NCBI RefSeq assembly: GCF_964204645.1
Contig: NC_134030.1
Span: 14,074,110-14,138,109 of the forward strand
DNA length: 64,000 nt
Direction of reading: 5' to 3'
Source of the DNA: Tubulanus polymorphus
Lineage: Eukaryota > Animalia > Nemertea
Shown: positions 63,040 through 64,000 of the stretch, piece by piece
How positions within the stretch are numbered: the first letter of the stretch is position 1
Layout: each line of letters opens with the position of its first letter
Notes under the pieces: model-generated
What the model was told of the DNA's origin: nothing
Databases searched by the model: none
What the model saw: the letters and a program-made list of their open reading frames with translations, nothing else
Translations under genes and position numbers: made by a program

Positions 63040-63379
63040 TATGCTTTACTACCTTGTTGCATGTCAGCTAAATCTTAGAACGACTTCATGAACTTTCAAT
63101 TCTTGGAGTATCCAAGAGTGCGTAACTTTTATACACAGTTTTCATGTTTGTTTTGAAGTTGTCAGGGGTGTTTTGATGGACCAATTTCCTGGAATCTGTT
63201 AAGATTTAGAACATACAACACAGCTGGAGAGGCAAATAAATAAGTAAAATCTAAAAATATCACTTCAGGAGACACACAATATTTGTTATTCATTCAATAC
63301 ATATACATTAATCCACCAGAGATCCAATTCCAAGCGCATTGATGTCATAATCATAGTCTATCTCCCAGGATTCACCCCA

Positions 63380-63610
63380 ATCACTGTCCTCTGATTTCGT
63401 AATCACTAACGTCTCCGAGGTTGGTAACAATTTGTTCGATGACATAGTCCATGATGCCCTCTGTCTCCATCATTTTATCCTCCACTTTTATGACATGGGC
63501 TATATAGTTCTTCCACTGTGACATGAGACATGGCATCAATTGAAAGTAATCTTACATCATCCAGCTTAAAGGTTTTATTGTTAGCAGCTCTTTGGTACAG
63601 CTGCCAGATA
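63380..63610 (-). pseudogene. IS630/Tc1-like transposase C-terminal remnant
   Basis: Manual translation NNKTFKLDDVRLL...WKNYIAHVIKVEDKMMETEGIMDYVIEQIVTNLGD resembles, from recall, the C-terminus of invertebrate Tc1-like transposases. Confidence 0.5.
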
Positions 63611-64000
63611 TCCTGCTGTGGAGTGTGTAGTTGCCATGCAGTAACCACAGGAATCAGACAATGTTATCATAGTAAAGCTTTGATGTGCTGGGCAAACTGG
63701 CCTGAGACAGACTTAAGTGTTTGATTTAGGGAGGGTTGCAACCCCAAAATAGGCCACATAATTAGAAGGTTACACAATCATTGGAAAATCCCTCTTTTTG
63801 GAACAACACAGAATATGCTTTTGAATTTAAACTTTTTCATTATTAATTGATAGATATTTCATAGTTGATATTTCCTCTCTGAATTTCAGGGCAACCTGAC
63901 ATATTAGGGGGTGTGCACCCCCTGTACTCTCTCTTTGGAGTGCCCCTGAAACAGAACCAACTGGAGGGTTTATGCAGCCTCCAATAATGATTCACTGCAA

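Overview
Eukaryotic, repeat-dominated DNA, probably from an invertebrate animal: the repeat types resemble those described in molluscs, but the taxon cannot be fixed from this window. I can support no host protein-coding gene. The window has three zones. (1) 1-15701: a CpG-rich tandem satellite with 118/128-bp monomers, nested dyad symmetries and a ~1584-bp higher-order repeat; every ORF-track call here is an artefact. (2) 15702-~25800: a very AT-rich, degraded endogenous Polinton/Maverick(adintovirus)-like virus, cut off on its left by the satellite. It encodes a protein-primed PolB (N-terminal Zn fingers, OTU-like protease region, endonuclease VII insert), a penton-like minor capsid protein, a multi-Zn-finger protein and a cluster of predicted membrane proteins. 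Most notable: (a) the pPolB is interrupted at motif C (YFD|...) by a LAGLIDADG intein resembling giant-virus Pol-c inteins; (b) all 8 minus-strand genes are preceded by the same ~22-nt TAA-T(7-8)-spacer-TAAATG cassette, the architecture of poxvirus late promoters; (c) a 71-nt tRNA-like sequence lies just upstream of polB. Together these suggest, as inference, a helper-dependent, virophage-like Polinton-type virus transcribed by the cytoplasmic machinery of a large DNA virus. (3) ~25800-64000: nested transposon debris, including foldback elements, MITEs, Helentron/HINE-like elements, hAT, Sola2-like and Tc1-like transposase remnants, a 5'-truncated LINE and microsatellites.
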